From the NCBI GenBank assembly GCA_002269645.1, contig NIVC01000126.1:806001-870000 (forward strand): 64,000 bases of DNA, in the 5' to 3' direction. Source of the DNA: Macrostomum lignano. Taxonomy: Eukaryota. The position numbers and the translations under genes are program-made. Shown piece by piece: positions 19,419-42,460 of the stretch. Below the pieces are notes generated by a model. It saw only the letters and a program-made list of their open reading frames with translations, searched no databases and had not been told where the DNA came from. Each line of letters starts with the position of its first letter. Within the stretch, counting starts at the first letter, position 1.

Positions 19419-22400
19419 ATGTCGCACTCAAAGATTGAGCAAGAGATTGACAAGTGCACGGACGAGAAGAACACTAAAGACGATTGGAACCAAATCTACG
19501 AATGCGTTGATCTAATCAATGCTAGCAGGCGTCAGAAGGACGTGTTGAAAATTCTATTGCGCAAATTGCGCAACCGCAATCCGCACGTGTCAATGCAAGC
19601 TCTCACACTGCTTGACAGCTGCGTAGCCAATTGCGGTCACGAGTTTCATCGGGAGCTATGCTCGAAAAGTTTCTGCAGCGATGCTAAAAACATTCTAAAC
19701 AACAAATCTATTAATCCGCAGGTGCTGCAAAGATTTGCTTATCTGTTGCGCAAGTGGTCGCAGATGGACGAGATACGCAAGGACTCGTCGCTGGGTTTAC
19801 TAAGCGATCTAGTGTCCGATTTAAGAGCTATGGGCTTCACTTTCGACTATGAAAACAAGTGAGCAGTAGTGACTGGTCGCTATGCGATTCGGACTAAGTT
19901 TAACCTTTAGGTCACGCAGCTGTGGCCTCAAATTAGCTATTGAGAAACGGCTCAACTTAGAAACAGGGGCTGACTGGCAATTGCTGGCCGAACCTAAACT
20001 CTCTTCTCTCCAACTTGATGCTGATTGGCTATTGCTGGCCTAACCTCAACTCTGTGCCTTCTCTCTTCAACTTGATGCTGATTGGCTATTTCTGGCCTGA
20101 ACTAAACTCTGTGTCTTTTCTCTTCAACTTGATGCTGATTGGCTATTGCTGGCCTGAACTCAACTCTGTGCCTTCTCTCTTCAACTTGATGCTGATTGGC
20201 TATTGCTGGCCTAACCTCGACTCTGTGCCTTCTCTCTTCAACTTGATGCTGATTGGCTATTTCTGGCCTGAACTAAACTCTGTGTCTTTTCTCTTCAACT
20301 TGATGCTGATTGGCTATTGCTGGCCTAACCTCAACTCTGTGTCTTCTCTCTTCAACTTGATGCTGATTGGCTATTGCTGGCCTGAACTAAACTCTGTGCC
20401 TTCTCTCTTCAACTTGATGCTGATTGGCTATTTCTGGCCTGAACTAAACTCTGTGCCTTCTCTCTTCAACTTGATGCTGATTGGCTATTGCTGGCCTGAA
20501 CTCAACTCTGTGCCTTCTCTCTTCAACTTGATGCTGATTGGCTATTGCTGGCCTGAACTAAACTCTGTGCCTTCTCTCTTCAACTTGATGCTGATTGGCT
20601 ATTGCTGGCCTGAACTCAACTCTGTGCCTTCTCTCTTCAACTTGATGCTGATTAGCTATTTCTGGCCTGAACTAAACTCTGTGTCTTTTCTCTTCAACTT
20701 GATGCTGATTGGCTATTGCTGGCCTAACCTCAACTCTGTGTCTTCTCTCTTCAACTTGATGCTGATTGGCTATTGCTGGCCTGAACTAAACTCTGTGCCT
20801 TCTCTCTTCAACTTGATGCTGATTGGCTATTGCTGGCCTGAACTCAACTCTGTGTCTTCTCTCTTCAACTTGATGCTGATTGGCTATTGCTGGCCTGAAC
20901 TAAACTCTGTGCCTTCTCTCTTCAACTTGATGCTGATTGGCTATTGCTGGCCTGAACTAAACTCTGTGCCTTCTCTCTTCAACTTGATGCTGATTGGCTA
21001 TTGCTGGCCTGAACTCAACTCTGTGCCTTCTCTCTTCAACTTGATGCTGATTGGCTATTGCTGGCCTGAACTAAACTCTGTGCATTCTCTCTTCAACTTG
21101 ATGCTGATTGGCTATTGCTGGCCTGAACTCAACTCTGTGTCTTCTCTCTTCAACTTGATGCTGATTGGCTATTGCTGGCCTAACCTCAACTCTGTGTCTT
21201 CTCTCTTCAACTTGATGCTGATTGGCTATTGCTGGCCTGAACTAAACTCTGTGTCTTTTCTCTTCAACTTGATGCTGATTGGCTATTGCTGGCCTAACCT
21301 CAACTCTGTGTTTTCTCTCTTCAACTTGATGCTGATTGGCTATTGCTGGCCTGAACTAAACTCTGTGCCTTCTCTCTTCAACTTGATGCTGATTGGCTAT
21401 TTCTGGCCTGAACTAAACTCTGTGCCTTCTCTCTTCAACTTGATGCTGATTGGCTATTGCTGGCCTGAACTAAACTCTGTGCCTTCTCTCTTCAACTTGA
21501 TGCTGATTGGCTATTGCTGGCCTGAACTAAACTCTGTGCCTTCTCTCTTCAACTTGATGCTGATTGGCTATTGCTGGCCTGAACTCAACTCTGTGCCTTC
21601 TCTCTTCAACTTGATGCTGATTGGCTATTTCTGGCCTGAACTAAACTCTGTGTCTTTTCTCTTCAACTTGATGCTGATTGGCTATTGCTGGCCTAACCTC
21701 AACTCTGTGTCTTCTCTCTTCAACTTGATGCTGATTGGCTATTGCTGGCCTTAACTAAACTCTGTGCCTTCTCTCTTCAACTTGATGCTGATTGGCTATT
21801 GCTGGCCTAACCTCAACTCTGTGTCTTCTCTCTTCAACTTGATGCTGATTGGCTATTGCTGGCCTGAACTAAACTCTGTGCCTTCTCTCTTCAACTTGAT
21901 GCTGATTGGCTATTTCTGGCCTGAACTAAACTCTGTGCCTTCTCTCTTCAACTTGATGCTGATTGGCTATTGCTGGCCTGAACTCAACTCTGTGCCTTCT
22001 CTCTTCAACTTGATGCTGATTGGCTATTGCTGGCCTGAACTAAACTCTGTGCCTTCTCTCTTCAACTTGATGCTGATTGGCTATTGCTGGCCTGAACTCA
22101 ACTCTGTGCCTTCTCTCTTCAACTTGATGCTGATTAGCTATTTCTGGCCTGAACTAAACTCTGTGTCTTTTCTCTTCAACTTGATGCTGATTGGCTATTG
22201 CTGGCCTAACCTCAACTCTGTGTCTTCTCTCTTCAACTTGATGCTGATTGGCTATTGCTGGCCTGAACTAAACTCTGTGCCTTCTCTCTTCAACTTGATG
22301 CTGATTGGCTATTGCTGGCCTGAACTCAACTCTGTGTCTTCTCTCTTCAACTTGATGCTGATTGGCTATTGCTGGCCTGAACTAAACTCTGTGCCTTCTC

Positions 22401-25329
22401 TCTTCAACTTGATGCTGATTGGCTATTGCTGGCCTGAACTAAACTCTGTGCCTTCTCTCTTCAACTTGATGCTGATTGGCTATTGCTGGCCTGAACTCAA
22501 CTCTGTGCCTTCTCTCTTCAACTTGATGCTGATTGGCTATTGCTGGCCTGAACTAAACTCTGTGCATTCTCTCTTCAACTTGATGCTGATTGGCTATTGC
22601 TGGCCTGAACTCAACTCTGTGTCTTCTCTCTTCAACTTGATGCTGATTGGCTATTGCTGGCCTAACCTCAACTCTGTGTCTTCTCTCTTCAACTTGATGC
22701 TGATTGGCTATTGCTGGCCTGAACTAAACTCTGTGTCTTTTCTCTTCAACTTGATGCTGATTGGCTATTGCTGGCCTAACCTCAACTCTGTGTTTTCTCT
22801 CTTCAACTTGATGCTGATTGGCTATTGCTGGCCTGAACTAAACTCTGTGCCTTCTCTCTTCAACTTGATGCTGATTGGCTATTTCTGGCCTGAACTAAAC
22901 TCTGTGCCTTCTCTCTTCAACTTGATGCTGATTGGCTATTGCTGGCCTGAACTAAACTCTGTGCCTTCTCTCTTCAACTTGATGCTGATTGGCTATTGCT
23001 GGCCTGAACTAAACTCTGTGCCTTCTCTCTTCAACTTGATGCTGATTGGCTATTGCTGGCCTAAACTCAACTCTGTGCCTTCTCTCTTCAACTTGATGCT
23101 GATTGGCTATTTCTGGCCTGAACTAAACTCTGTGTCTTTTCTCTTCAACTTGATGCTGATTGGCTATTGCTGGCCTAACCTCAACTCTGTGTCTTCTCTC
23201 TTCAACTTGATGCTGATTGGCTATTGCTGGCCTGAACTAAACTCTGTGCCTTCTCTCTTCAACTTGATGCTGATTGGCTATTGCTGGCCTGAACTAAACT
23301 CTGTGCCTTCTCTCTTCAACTTGATGCTGATTGGCTATTGCTGGCCTGAACTAAACTCTGTGCCTTCTCTCTTCAACTTGATGCTGATTGGCTATTGCTG
23401 GCCTGAACTCAACTCTGTGCCTTCTCTCTTCAACTTGATGCTGATTGGCTATTGCTGGCCTGAACTCAACTCTGTGCCTTCTCTCTTCAACTTGATGCTG
23501 ATTGGCTATTGCTGGCCTGAACTCAACTCTGTGCCTTCTCTCTTCAACTTGATGCTGATTGGCTATTGCTGGCCTGAACTCAACTCTGTGCCTTCTCTCT
23601 TCAACTTGATGCTGATTGGCTATTGCTGGCCTGAACTTAACTCTGTGCCTTCTATTCAACAAAAAGCTTATTCAAATCCCATAATTGTAATGCACCGTAA
23701 ACCATCAATAGTGTAGTCTAAACCATCTAAACCTAATATAGAAATAGCATTGATGTTTAATATTTTTTAGAACTTCCGGAAATCTGGAGGCCGCTGTCAG
23801 CAAAAGTAAGTCGAGTGCGGCCAGCGGCGGCGTTGGCAGCAGCGGTGGCGGCAGATCTGGCAGCGCCAGTCAGAAAGACTCGAGCGCAGCTGCTCTGAGC
23901 AAAGAAGACGAAGATCTTGCTAAAGCAATTGCTTTGTCTTTGCAAGAGCAGCAGCAACAACAGCAGCGATCTGCTTCTCCTAGACTCGGTGGCGGAGCTA
24001 GCGGTGGAGGCGGCGGTGGCGCCGGCGGACTCTATCCAAACATGATGCCAGCTGCTGACGCCCTGTCAGGCGCGTACTTGTTGAACTCGGCCGGACCCCC
24101 GAGTTCCGCTCCGCCTCCGCCGGTGCTGAAGCGAGTCCGCGCTCTGTACGATTTCGAAGCCGCCGAGGATAACGAATTAACTTTCCATACTGGCGATGTG
24201 ATCTTAGTTGACGATTGCTCCGATCCCAACTGGTGGCACGGGTCCACCCTGTCTGGCGGCATGATCGGCCTGTTCCCGTCAACCTTTGTTGAGGAGGACA
24301 CCGGGCCGAAAAGTGAAGAGCCTGGCAAGGGTGTCAGTTTTAATGATCAGGTAAATATATTCTGCTTATAAAAGTACACACTTCAGAATGTGGACAAGTA
24401 CAGTGAAAATAATTATCAGCAAAAGTACTTTTAACTGACTAAAATTACCTTTCTGGAACTTAAAAGTACATTTCTGAAACTTAAAAGTACATTTCTAAAA
24501 CTTAAAAGTACATTTCTGGAACTTAAAAGTACATTTCTGGAACTTAAAAGTACATTTCTGGAACTCAAAAGTACATTCTGTGACTTAAAAGTAGTCTTAT
24601 GCAACTAAAAGTACTTTTGTGTATGTTAAAGTACATTTGAACTGCAATCAATCGCCCATCCCTATCCAAACAATGCAGGTGTCAGTCAAGCTAATCGAGG
24701 AGCCGGTAACCATCGACCCTGCTCAAATCGATGAATGCCTTGCCCAGCTGGAGAACTGCGACCCCACTGGTGACCCGAATCGGCCAGATCCGGCCGAGCT
24801 GCCCCACCTAGAGGAGCGCTGCCGTCAGATGGCACCCCTAATCGACTCCGAGATTGAACAGCTCGACCGGAAATACCTGGAGCTGCACCAGCTTAACACT
24901 CGGCTAGCCGAAGCATTCCAGATGTATCATAATTTGATGAGCGCGTCTGCTCCGCCGCCGCCGCCTCCGCCACCGCCGCAGGCGCAGCAGCAACAGCAGA
25001 TGTACTATCCAGTTGTGTCTTCTGCTGCGCCTAACGGCTTTAGCGGCGGCGCTTACGGTCAGCCCCAGCCGCCAGTATCGTCTACTGGCGTGGTGTATTC
25101 TAACTTCGACCAGCAGCAGCAACAGCATGCAGCCTATCTGCAGCTGCAGCAGCACATGATGCAGCAACAGCAGCCACCGCAGCAGCCGCCGCCCCAGCAG
25201 CAGCAGCAGCAACAGCAGCAGATGCCTCCCCATGGAGGTTACAACCAGCACAATCAGCACATGGAGCCGCAATACCAGCAGCAGCCGCCGCCCCCGACGC
25301 AGCCGCAGTATCAACAGCAACTACTTTAA
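19419..25329 (+). CDS. STAM: STAM (ESCRT-0 subunit), exons 19419-19858, 23771-24350, 24679-25329
   Basis: VHS domain (NRNPHVSMQALTLLDSCVANCG), UIM (EDEDLAKAIALSLQE), SH3 (VRALYDFEAAEDNELTF), GAT/coiled coil and P/Q-rich tail. Splice phases are consistent. Confidence 0.96.
19985..23652. repeat. 57-bp intronic minisatellite, about 64 copies, in STAM intron 1
   Basis: Unit ttgatgctgattggctattgctggcctgaactaaactctgtgccttctctcttcaac, giving a 19-aa periodicity in the spurious ORFs. Confidence 0.98.
24440..24615. repeat. 21-bp minisatellite (acttaaaagtacatttctgga) in STAM intron 2
   Basis: About 8 tandem copies. Confidence 0.9.
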
Positions 25330-25640
25330 GTCTACAACAACAAGTAGTACAGCATGTACTGTAGATGGAACAATCAGATGACTACATAGATGTTAATTCT
25401 TTTTTCTGAATCTTTCTAATACTTTACTCAAATTAATGTTTCGATTTAAAAATTTGAAGATAAATTTTGGAGTAAATATTAATTATAAAATTTAAAGGTG
25501 AATCATTTTGATTGTAATAATTTATTTAAATTTCTTTATACAGTAAAAGTTCATGCTTATTGTACTTGAAATTCAATAATTTTTAGATTTAGCTCTTCGG
25601 TGTATTGAATGGTGACGAATTATAATAGTTTGCCAATAAT

Positions 25641-25775
25641 CCCGTTGAAAACGTTAGCGTGACAAGAATCGCTAAAGAGTCATTGCAAACAGCTCACGAG
25701 TGACGTCTCAAATCTCGTGATTCTTTCCTATTTTACCTGTGTTACCTGCAATGACTCCGTACCGTTTTCATAGGG
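25641..25775. mobile_element. Palindromic MITE-like remnant
   Basis: Nested inverted repeats TGAAAACG/CGTTTTCA, GAGTCATTGCA/TGCAATGACTC and TCACGAG/CTCGTGA. No clear TSD. Confidence 0.4.
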
Positions 25776-27691
25776 GCAGAGATGACTCTCTGGTTATTTA
25801 TGTGGGGTGATGGTATTATGCTTTCTTTAATCGCGATGCAATAGTAAGCAACTCTGCTTGTGCTTGCAAAGGTAAAACTCTTTGCCATGAGGTGACCAAA
25901 CTAATATATATTTTCAGTTTTTTTCTTCTGTAGCTTTGATTGTCAATCTTATGCCTGTCAAAATTGGAAACTGATGCACGCCTGGCCCTACTAGTCTCAA
26001 ACCAAATGTCACAATGACATATTTGAAATTTCTGGTAAAAGATCACTCAGCCTGTGTGCATGGGTCTGCTATTGTGTTTTATTTTTATTTTAACTACTAA
26101 AAGTAGTTAGGTATGTATTTTGCTACTGCCTGTGTTCAGCATTGCACTAAATATTCTTTTTCAGTAGTACTATATGGACTTGTTATTCTACGATATGTAA
26201 TAAATTAGTAAACTCTTATCCAGTGTTATCCAGTGTCTGCTGTCAGTAGTATGTATAGCAAAATATTTGTTTATATGTGTATCCTTTTTGAAAAACAGTG
26301 CATTATTTTGCTGTTGGAAAACTACAAATGTATATTTATTCCGCAGAGGTTTTTCTACTATAATAACTATCGCCTTGATTGCTACTGTACCGCTTTTATT
26401 TTTCCTAATAAAAATATTCTACTAACCCAAGCTTACTATCAGTTATTCAGTAGCTACATGTAGGTCTTTGCTCATTCGTATGACTGGTGTGTTCTACAGA
26501 TATTACTAATAACTAGATTAACAAGACTTCTTGTTGATTCTCTAGATACTCTACTTGTAGTAGAGTAAAAAATTACAAAATAATACAAATGTATAAAATA
26601 CAATTTTTAAGAAATTTCCTAGATTCCCTACTAATAGTAAAGTAAAAATAACAAAATAATACAAATGCGTAAGATAGCATTTTTTAAGTAATTTCCTAGA
26701 TAGTCTACTTATAGTACAAATGTGTGGAAAATTTGGTAAACAATCAATGTTATTTAAAATATATTCAATGCTCTACTAATTGCTGAATTAGACGCAGCAT
26801 AACAGTATAATCACTTGATAAGTTTAGAAGCCGCTTAAGATGGTAGAAAAGAAAATATCCAACCTTATATTTTATGTCCTGTCATAGCGTACATTAGCCA
26901 GTGCCACACAGATACAAGGTAATAAAACTCCGGCGGTTGAGACAGAGTTTCGAGTGGAGGGGTATTGCCAGGGGTGTGGGGGTTAAGAGCCTAAAATAGA
27001 TAATAAAATACTTTCATTTGGTTTTTTACTTAAAGTAGCTTATACGGAAATGTGTTGCATGGTCAATCTAGTTATTATAATATCTGTAGTTCGTGGCCTA
27101 TCTAAAACTACTTGCAGAGAATCATTAAATTGAATACGCAATCGGCGTCATCTGTATAATTTATTTAAGCTAAGACGCTTAGATAAAAACTTCTTATCTA
27201 CATGTTTATTCTTGCATGCTTGTTCATATTCATTTCTAATTTAATTCTAATTAATTTCCGTTGTACGAGTCTGCTGGTTCCTGCAATTTCTGAAAGATAA
27301 TTCGCCTCTACTAGATTTTGTGTTGCTCCATTCATTTTAAAACAAAAATAATTCTGTAATTTCACTTCACATTTTTGACGTGAATATCTTCGTTATTGTA
27401 CTGTAAAGAAATGGACCTGTTGTCGAATATGTTTATTCCCGAAGGAAGTTTCATAATTCATTTATATACATTTATGTTACTACAGACTACTAATAAAGCG
27501 ATTTTTGGTTAACAATCTTTGCTTTAAGCGTTTCGTCTTATTGAAATCAAGTTTTCATCCATTTATTAATATTAGCTCGTATATAGCTTTTAAGATCTGA
27601 AATATGTACTTTTATTAGTTGTAGAAATTGAATAAGTGGCTCAGAAATCTTTTTCTATTTAAGCTTGACCATAAAACCAACCACCATACTC

Positions 27692-28337
27692 TATCTAGCT
27701 TGACGCTCATTGGCTAGGCTTGAATACCCACTCTAGCTTGACGCTCATTGGCTAGGCTTCAATACCCACTCTAGCTTGACGCTCATTGGCTAGCCTCGAA
27801 TATCCACTCTAGCTTGACGCTCATTGGCTAGCCTTGAATATCCACTCTAGCTTGACGCTCATTGGCTAGGCTTGAATACCTACTCTAGCTTGACGCTCAT
27901 TGGCTAGCCTCGAATATTCACTCTAGCTTGACGCTCATTGGCTAGCCTCGAATATCCACTCTAGCTTGACGCTCATTGGCTAGCCTTGAATATCCACTCT
28001 AGCTTGACGCTCATTGGCTAGGCTTGAATACCCACTCTAGCTTGACGCTTATTGGCTAGCCTCGAATATCCACTCTAGCTTGACGCTCATTGGCTAGCCT
28101 CGAATATCCACTCTAGCTTGACGCTTATTTGGCTAGGCTTGAATAATCCACTCTAGCTTGACGCTCATTGGCTAGGCTTGAATATCCACTCTAGCTTGAC
28201 GCTCATTGGCTAGGCTTGAATATCCACTCTAGCTTGACGCTCATTGGCTAGGCTTGAATATCCACTCTAGCTTGACGCTCATTGGCTAGGCTTGAATATC
28301 CACTCTAGCTTGACGCTCATTGGCTAGGCTTGAATAT
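27692..28337. repeat. 38-bp minisatellite (ctctagcttgacgctcattggctaggcttgaatatcca) just upstream of MPV17
   Basis: About 17 tandem copies. Confidence 0.96.
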
Positions 28338-28437
28338 TCATGAAAATAAATTTAACAAAGTTGATAGGCTAGAGAGTTGAAAATTAAATTATGCATGATT
28401 TATAATTTATAGTCTGTTGTCAATTCATGTCGATCAC

Positions 28438-29040
28438 ATGCCACTCAGATCATTATGGCGTTGGTATTCTCGAGCGATTCATACCAGGCCAATGCTAACC
28501 CAGTCCTTATCTTCCGGTATAATTATGGGTTTTGGCAATGCCACAGTGCAATGCGTAACCCTGCTGCACCTGAAATCTTCAATTGATCAGCATCCTTCAT
28601 CGTCCAGCAGTAGCAGTCTAAGCTACTTAACCGATCGCTTTGATTATTCTCGAACTATACGATATTTTCTACTCAGCTCATTGCTGATTGGTCCCGGCTT
28701 GCGTTGTTGGTACGTGTTTTTATCGCGCCAATTCGAATTGACAAACTATGGCCGATTGAAGATGCTGATCGCCGATCAGGGGCTCATGCCGCCAATTATG
28801 TGGCTAACCTTTCTAAGCTATACGTCTGTTGTGGTCAGAGGCGATCGATCTGCAGCGGCTGTGAAGGAGTTTGTGCTCGACCGACTGCCAGCTATGGCGG
28901 TCAATTCTTATCGAGTCTGGCCGCTAGCCCAGGCTATCAATTTTTTTATTGTGCCTCTGAATTTTCGCCTGGTGTATGGCAGTTTTGTTGGCTATTTTTA
29001 GAATTGCTACATCTGCTGGCATTCAAATCGGCCTCACTAA
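28438..29040 (+). CDS. MPV17: MPV17/PMP22-family mitochondrial inner-membrane protein, intronless; in-frame TAG at 28999-29001 where a conserved Trp is expected
   Basis: RPMLTQSLSSGIIMGFGN, DYSRTIR, ADQGLMPP, NSYRVWPLAQAINFFIVPLNFRL, then *NCYICW matching the family WNxYLSW motif, and TAA at 29038-29040. Confidence 0.85.
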
Positions 29041-29968
29041 TAATATTGTCGTCGGTTTCTTGTGAGGGTTAAGCAGGTGACTACAGGTGATTTGTTCAAA
29101 ATGATTAAATACCACATTCCTACAGCCACACCTACACCAAAATCGCACCTTTCTACAGCCAAATTTACAGTAGAATCCCATCTACCTATATCCAAATTTA
29201 CAGTAGAATCCTACCTACCTACAGCCAATCTTATAGCTGAATTTACTTCTAAACTAATAGCGCCAACAGAGATATTTAACTATGCATCAATATGATCAGT
29301 GATATTGCATATTGACTAGCCATTTGCGACCATCTCTTAAATGCATATTTTAGTATCAGTAGCTATATACTTTCTTTAAACTGTTATTCCAATAGTTCTA
29401 CAATTTTTTTTTTAGTTTTTAGATGACTTTAGTGCAAATGACAATTGTCTTCCAACTTTTATTCAGATAAGCTTTTCTGAATTTGTGCTTAACCAAGATT
29501 CAGCAATGACTATATTACTTTCAATAGTTTTATTCCTAGTAAAATCACCTTTTTTAATGAAGTGATGTGTTTTTTTCTAAATAGATTGTTTAGACGTATT
29601 TTTTTAAGAAATTTGCTTACTTTTTTAAATTTTATTGTCTATTTATCATTTCAGGTAGGATAAAAATAGGATTTACTAAAGAACATGTAGCCTGATGCCC
29701 GGACTTTTTAGATTAGGAATCATGCCTCTGAGAGTAAATTCATGACTAACTGTTCCTTAGGTTGTTCCTGTTTCTGAGTTTAGGCGAATCATTAATTATA
29801 TAAGTGGGTAAATCTAAAAAGTAGCTCGTAAATATAAATATTCGCTGAAGGCCTGAGGGCACCCAGGCGCAACGCCTTCGGGGACAAAGTCCCGCAGCCA
29901 GCTCTGACGGCAATTTCTGTCGTTATTAATGTCATATTTAATGTCCGTAAGGACCATTTAGGTCTTGA

Positions 29969-40462
<10,494 letters not shown>

Positions 40463-40499
40463 TTGGACGCTTTTTAAGGAAATTTTTGGCTTCTCTTTT

Positions 40500-41262
40500 G
40501 GTGTCTGATAGAGAATATGGAGTGAGGTGGGTGTATGATTGAGTGAAGTGGGTGTCTGGTGAAGTGAGGTGGGTGTCATATGGAGTGAGGTGGGTGTCAT
40601 ATGGAGTGAGGTGGGTGTCTGATAGAGAATATGGAGTGAGGTGGGTGTATGATTGAGTGAAGTGGGTGTCTGGTGAAGTGAGGTGGGTGTCATATGGAGT
40701 GAGGTGGGTGTCATATGGAGTGAGGTGGGTGTCTGATAGAGAATATGGAGTGAGGTGGGTGTCTGGTGAAGTGAGGTGGGTGTCATATGGAGTGAGGTGG
40801 GTGTCTGATAGAGAATATGGAGTGAGGTGGGTGTCTGGTGAAGTGAGGTGGGTGTCATATGGAGTGAGGTGGATGTCTGGTGAAGTGAGGTGGGTGTCAT
40901 ATGGAGTGAGGTGGGTGTCTGGTGAAGTGAGGTGGGTGTCATATGGAGTGAGGTGGGTGTCATATGGAGTGAGGTGGGTGTCTGATAGAGAATATGGAGT
41001 GAGGTGGGTGTCTGGTGAAGTGAGGTGGGTGTCTTATGGAGTGAGGTGGGTGTATTATATGGAGTGAGGTGGGTGTCTGATGGAGTGAGGTGGATGTTTT
41101 ATATGGAGTGAGGTGGGTGTCTGATGGAGTGAGGTGGGTGTTTTATATGGAGTGAGGTGGGTGTCTGATGGAGTGAGTTACGTGTCACATGGAGTCAGGT
41201 GGGCGTCATATGGAGTGAGGTGAGTTTCTAGTGGAGTGAGGTGGGTGTCAGCTAATGGAGTG
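40500..41262 (+). repeat. 21-bp minisatellite (atatggagtgaggtgggtgtc), left arm of a foldback
   Basis: Tandem copies; the reverse complement of the 41645-42317 array. Confidence 0.93.
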
Positions 41263-41644
41263 AGGTATGCGGGTGTCCTTTTTCAAAGCTGATGTAAGAT
41301 GGCCTTGGAAACTGCATTTGAAAAGACAAATTTTTTTTTATCTGTAAGCTTCATGATTTATTTTTAAAAACCGTAAATGTTAGAACAATTAAATGAAACT
41401 AAAAATGATTTGTGTCATTTTTGCTTTATTAAATAGTGAAATAAACGATGTCATCAATCAGATACATGATTAATTACAATATTTTTCTCTTCATTTTGCT
41501 ATATTGCTCTATATTGACACAAAGAGGCAGTTTATCTTTTCTGTATCTACATGTATTAGAAAAGCATTGCAAGCTGCTAAAAGCAGATACAAATTGAATT
41601 TTACCTATTTATCATTTTCACCTTTGCCGCTCAAGACTGACCGT

Positions 41645-42317
41645 TGAATACACCCACCCAACTCCATAAGACACCCACATCACTGCATCAGGCACCCACT
41701 TTACTCCATCAAACACCCACCTCACTTCATCAGACACCCACCTCACTTCATCAGCCACCCCCCTCACTCCATCAGACACCCCCTCACTCCATCAGACACC
41801 CACCTCACTTCATCAGACACCCACCTCACTCCATCAGACACCCACCTCACTCCATCAGACACCCACCTCACTTCATCAGACACCCACCTCACTCCATCAG
41901 ACACCCACCTCACTCCATCAGACACCCACTTCACTCCATCAGACACCCTCCTCATTCCATCGGACACCCACCTCACTCCATCAGACACCCACCTCACTCC
42001 ATCAGACACCCACCTCACTCTATCAGACACCCACTTCACTCCATCAGACACCCTCCTCATTCCATCAGACACCCACCTCACTCCATCAGACACCCACCTC
42101 ACTCCATCAGACACCCACTTCACTCAATCATACACCCACCTCACTCCATATTCTCTATCAGACACCCACCTCACTCCATATGACACCCACCTCACTCCAT
42201 ATGACACCCACCTCACTTCACCAGACACCCACTTCACTCCATCAGACACCCACCTCACTCTATCTATCAGACACCCACCTCACTCCATTAGACACCCACC
42301 TCACTCCATCAGACACC
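41645..42317 (-). repeat. 21-bp minisatellite in inverted orientation, right arm of the foldback
   Basis: (gacacccacctcactccatca)n, including the mirrored variant ccatattctctatcagacacc. Confidence 0.93.
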
Positions 42318-42460
42318 TGTCCAGACCTCTTGTTTTATTTGCTAATTTATTCAAGGCTCTACTTGATTTTCTTGCATGCCACAGAAGCATTGCTGGCCGA
42401 GAAACTGAGAAAAGTAACTTAAAGTTTCACCGAAGGTTTCAAGTGGACCATTGAATCGCA

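Noticed and set aside
19985-23652. CRISPR-like array (also considered for the 51-, 41-, 38-, 37- and 36-bp arrays)
   Set aside because: Head-to-tail tandem units with no unique spacers, no cas genes, and eukaryotic intron context.
20015-23716. 579- and 650-aa ORFs with a 19-aa repeat
   Set aside because: 57-bp array inside STAM intron 1; the flanking exons splice in phase across it.
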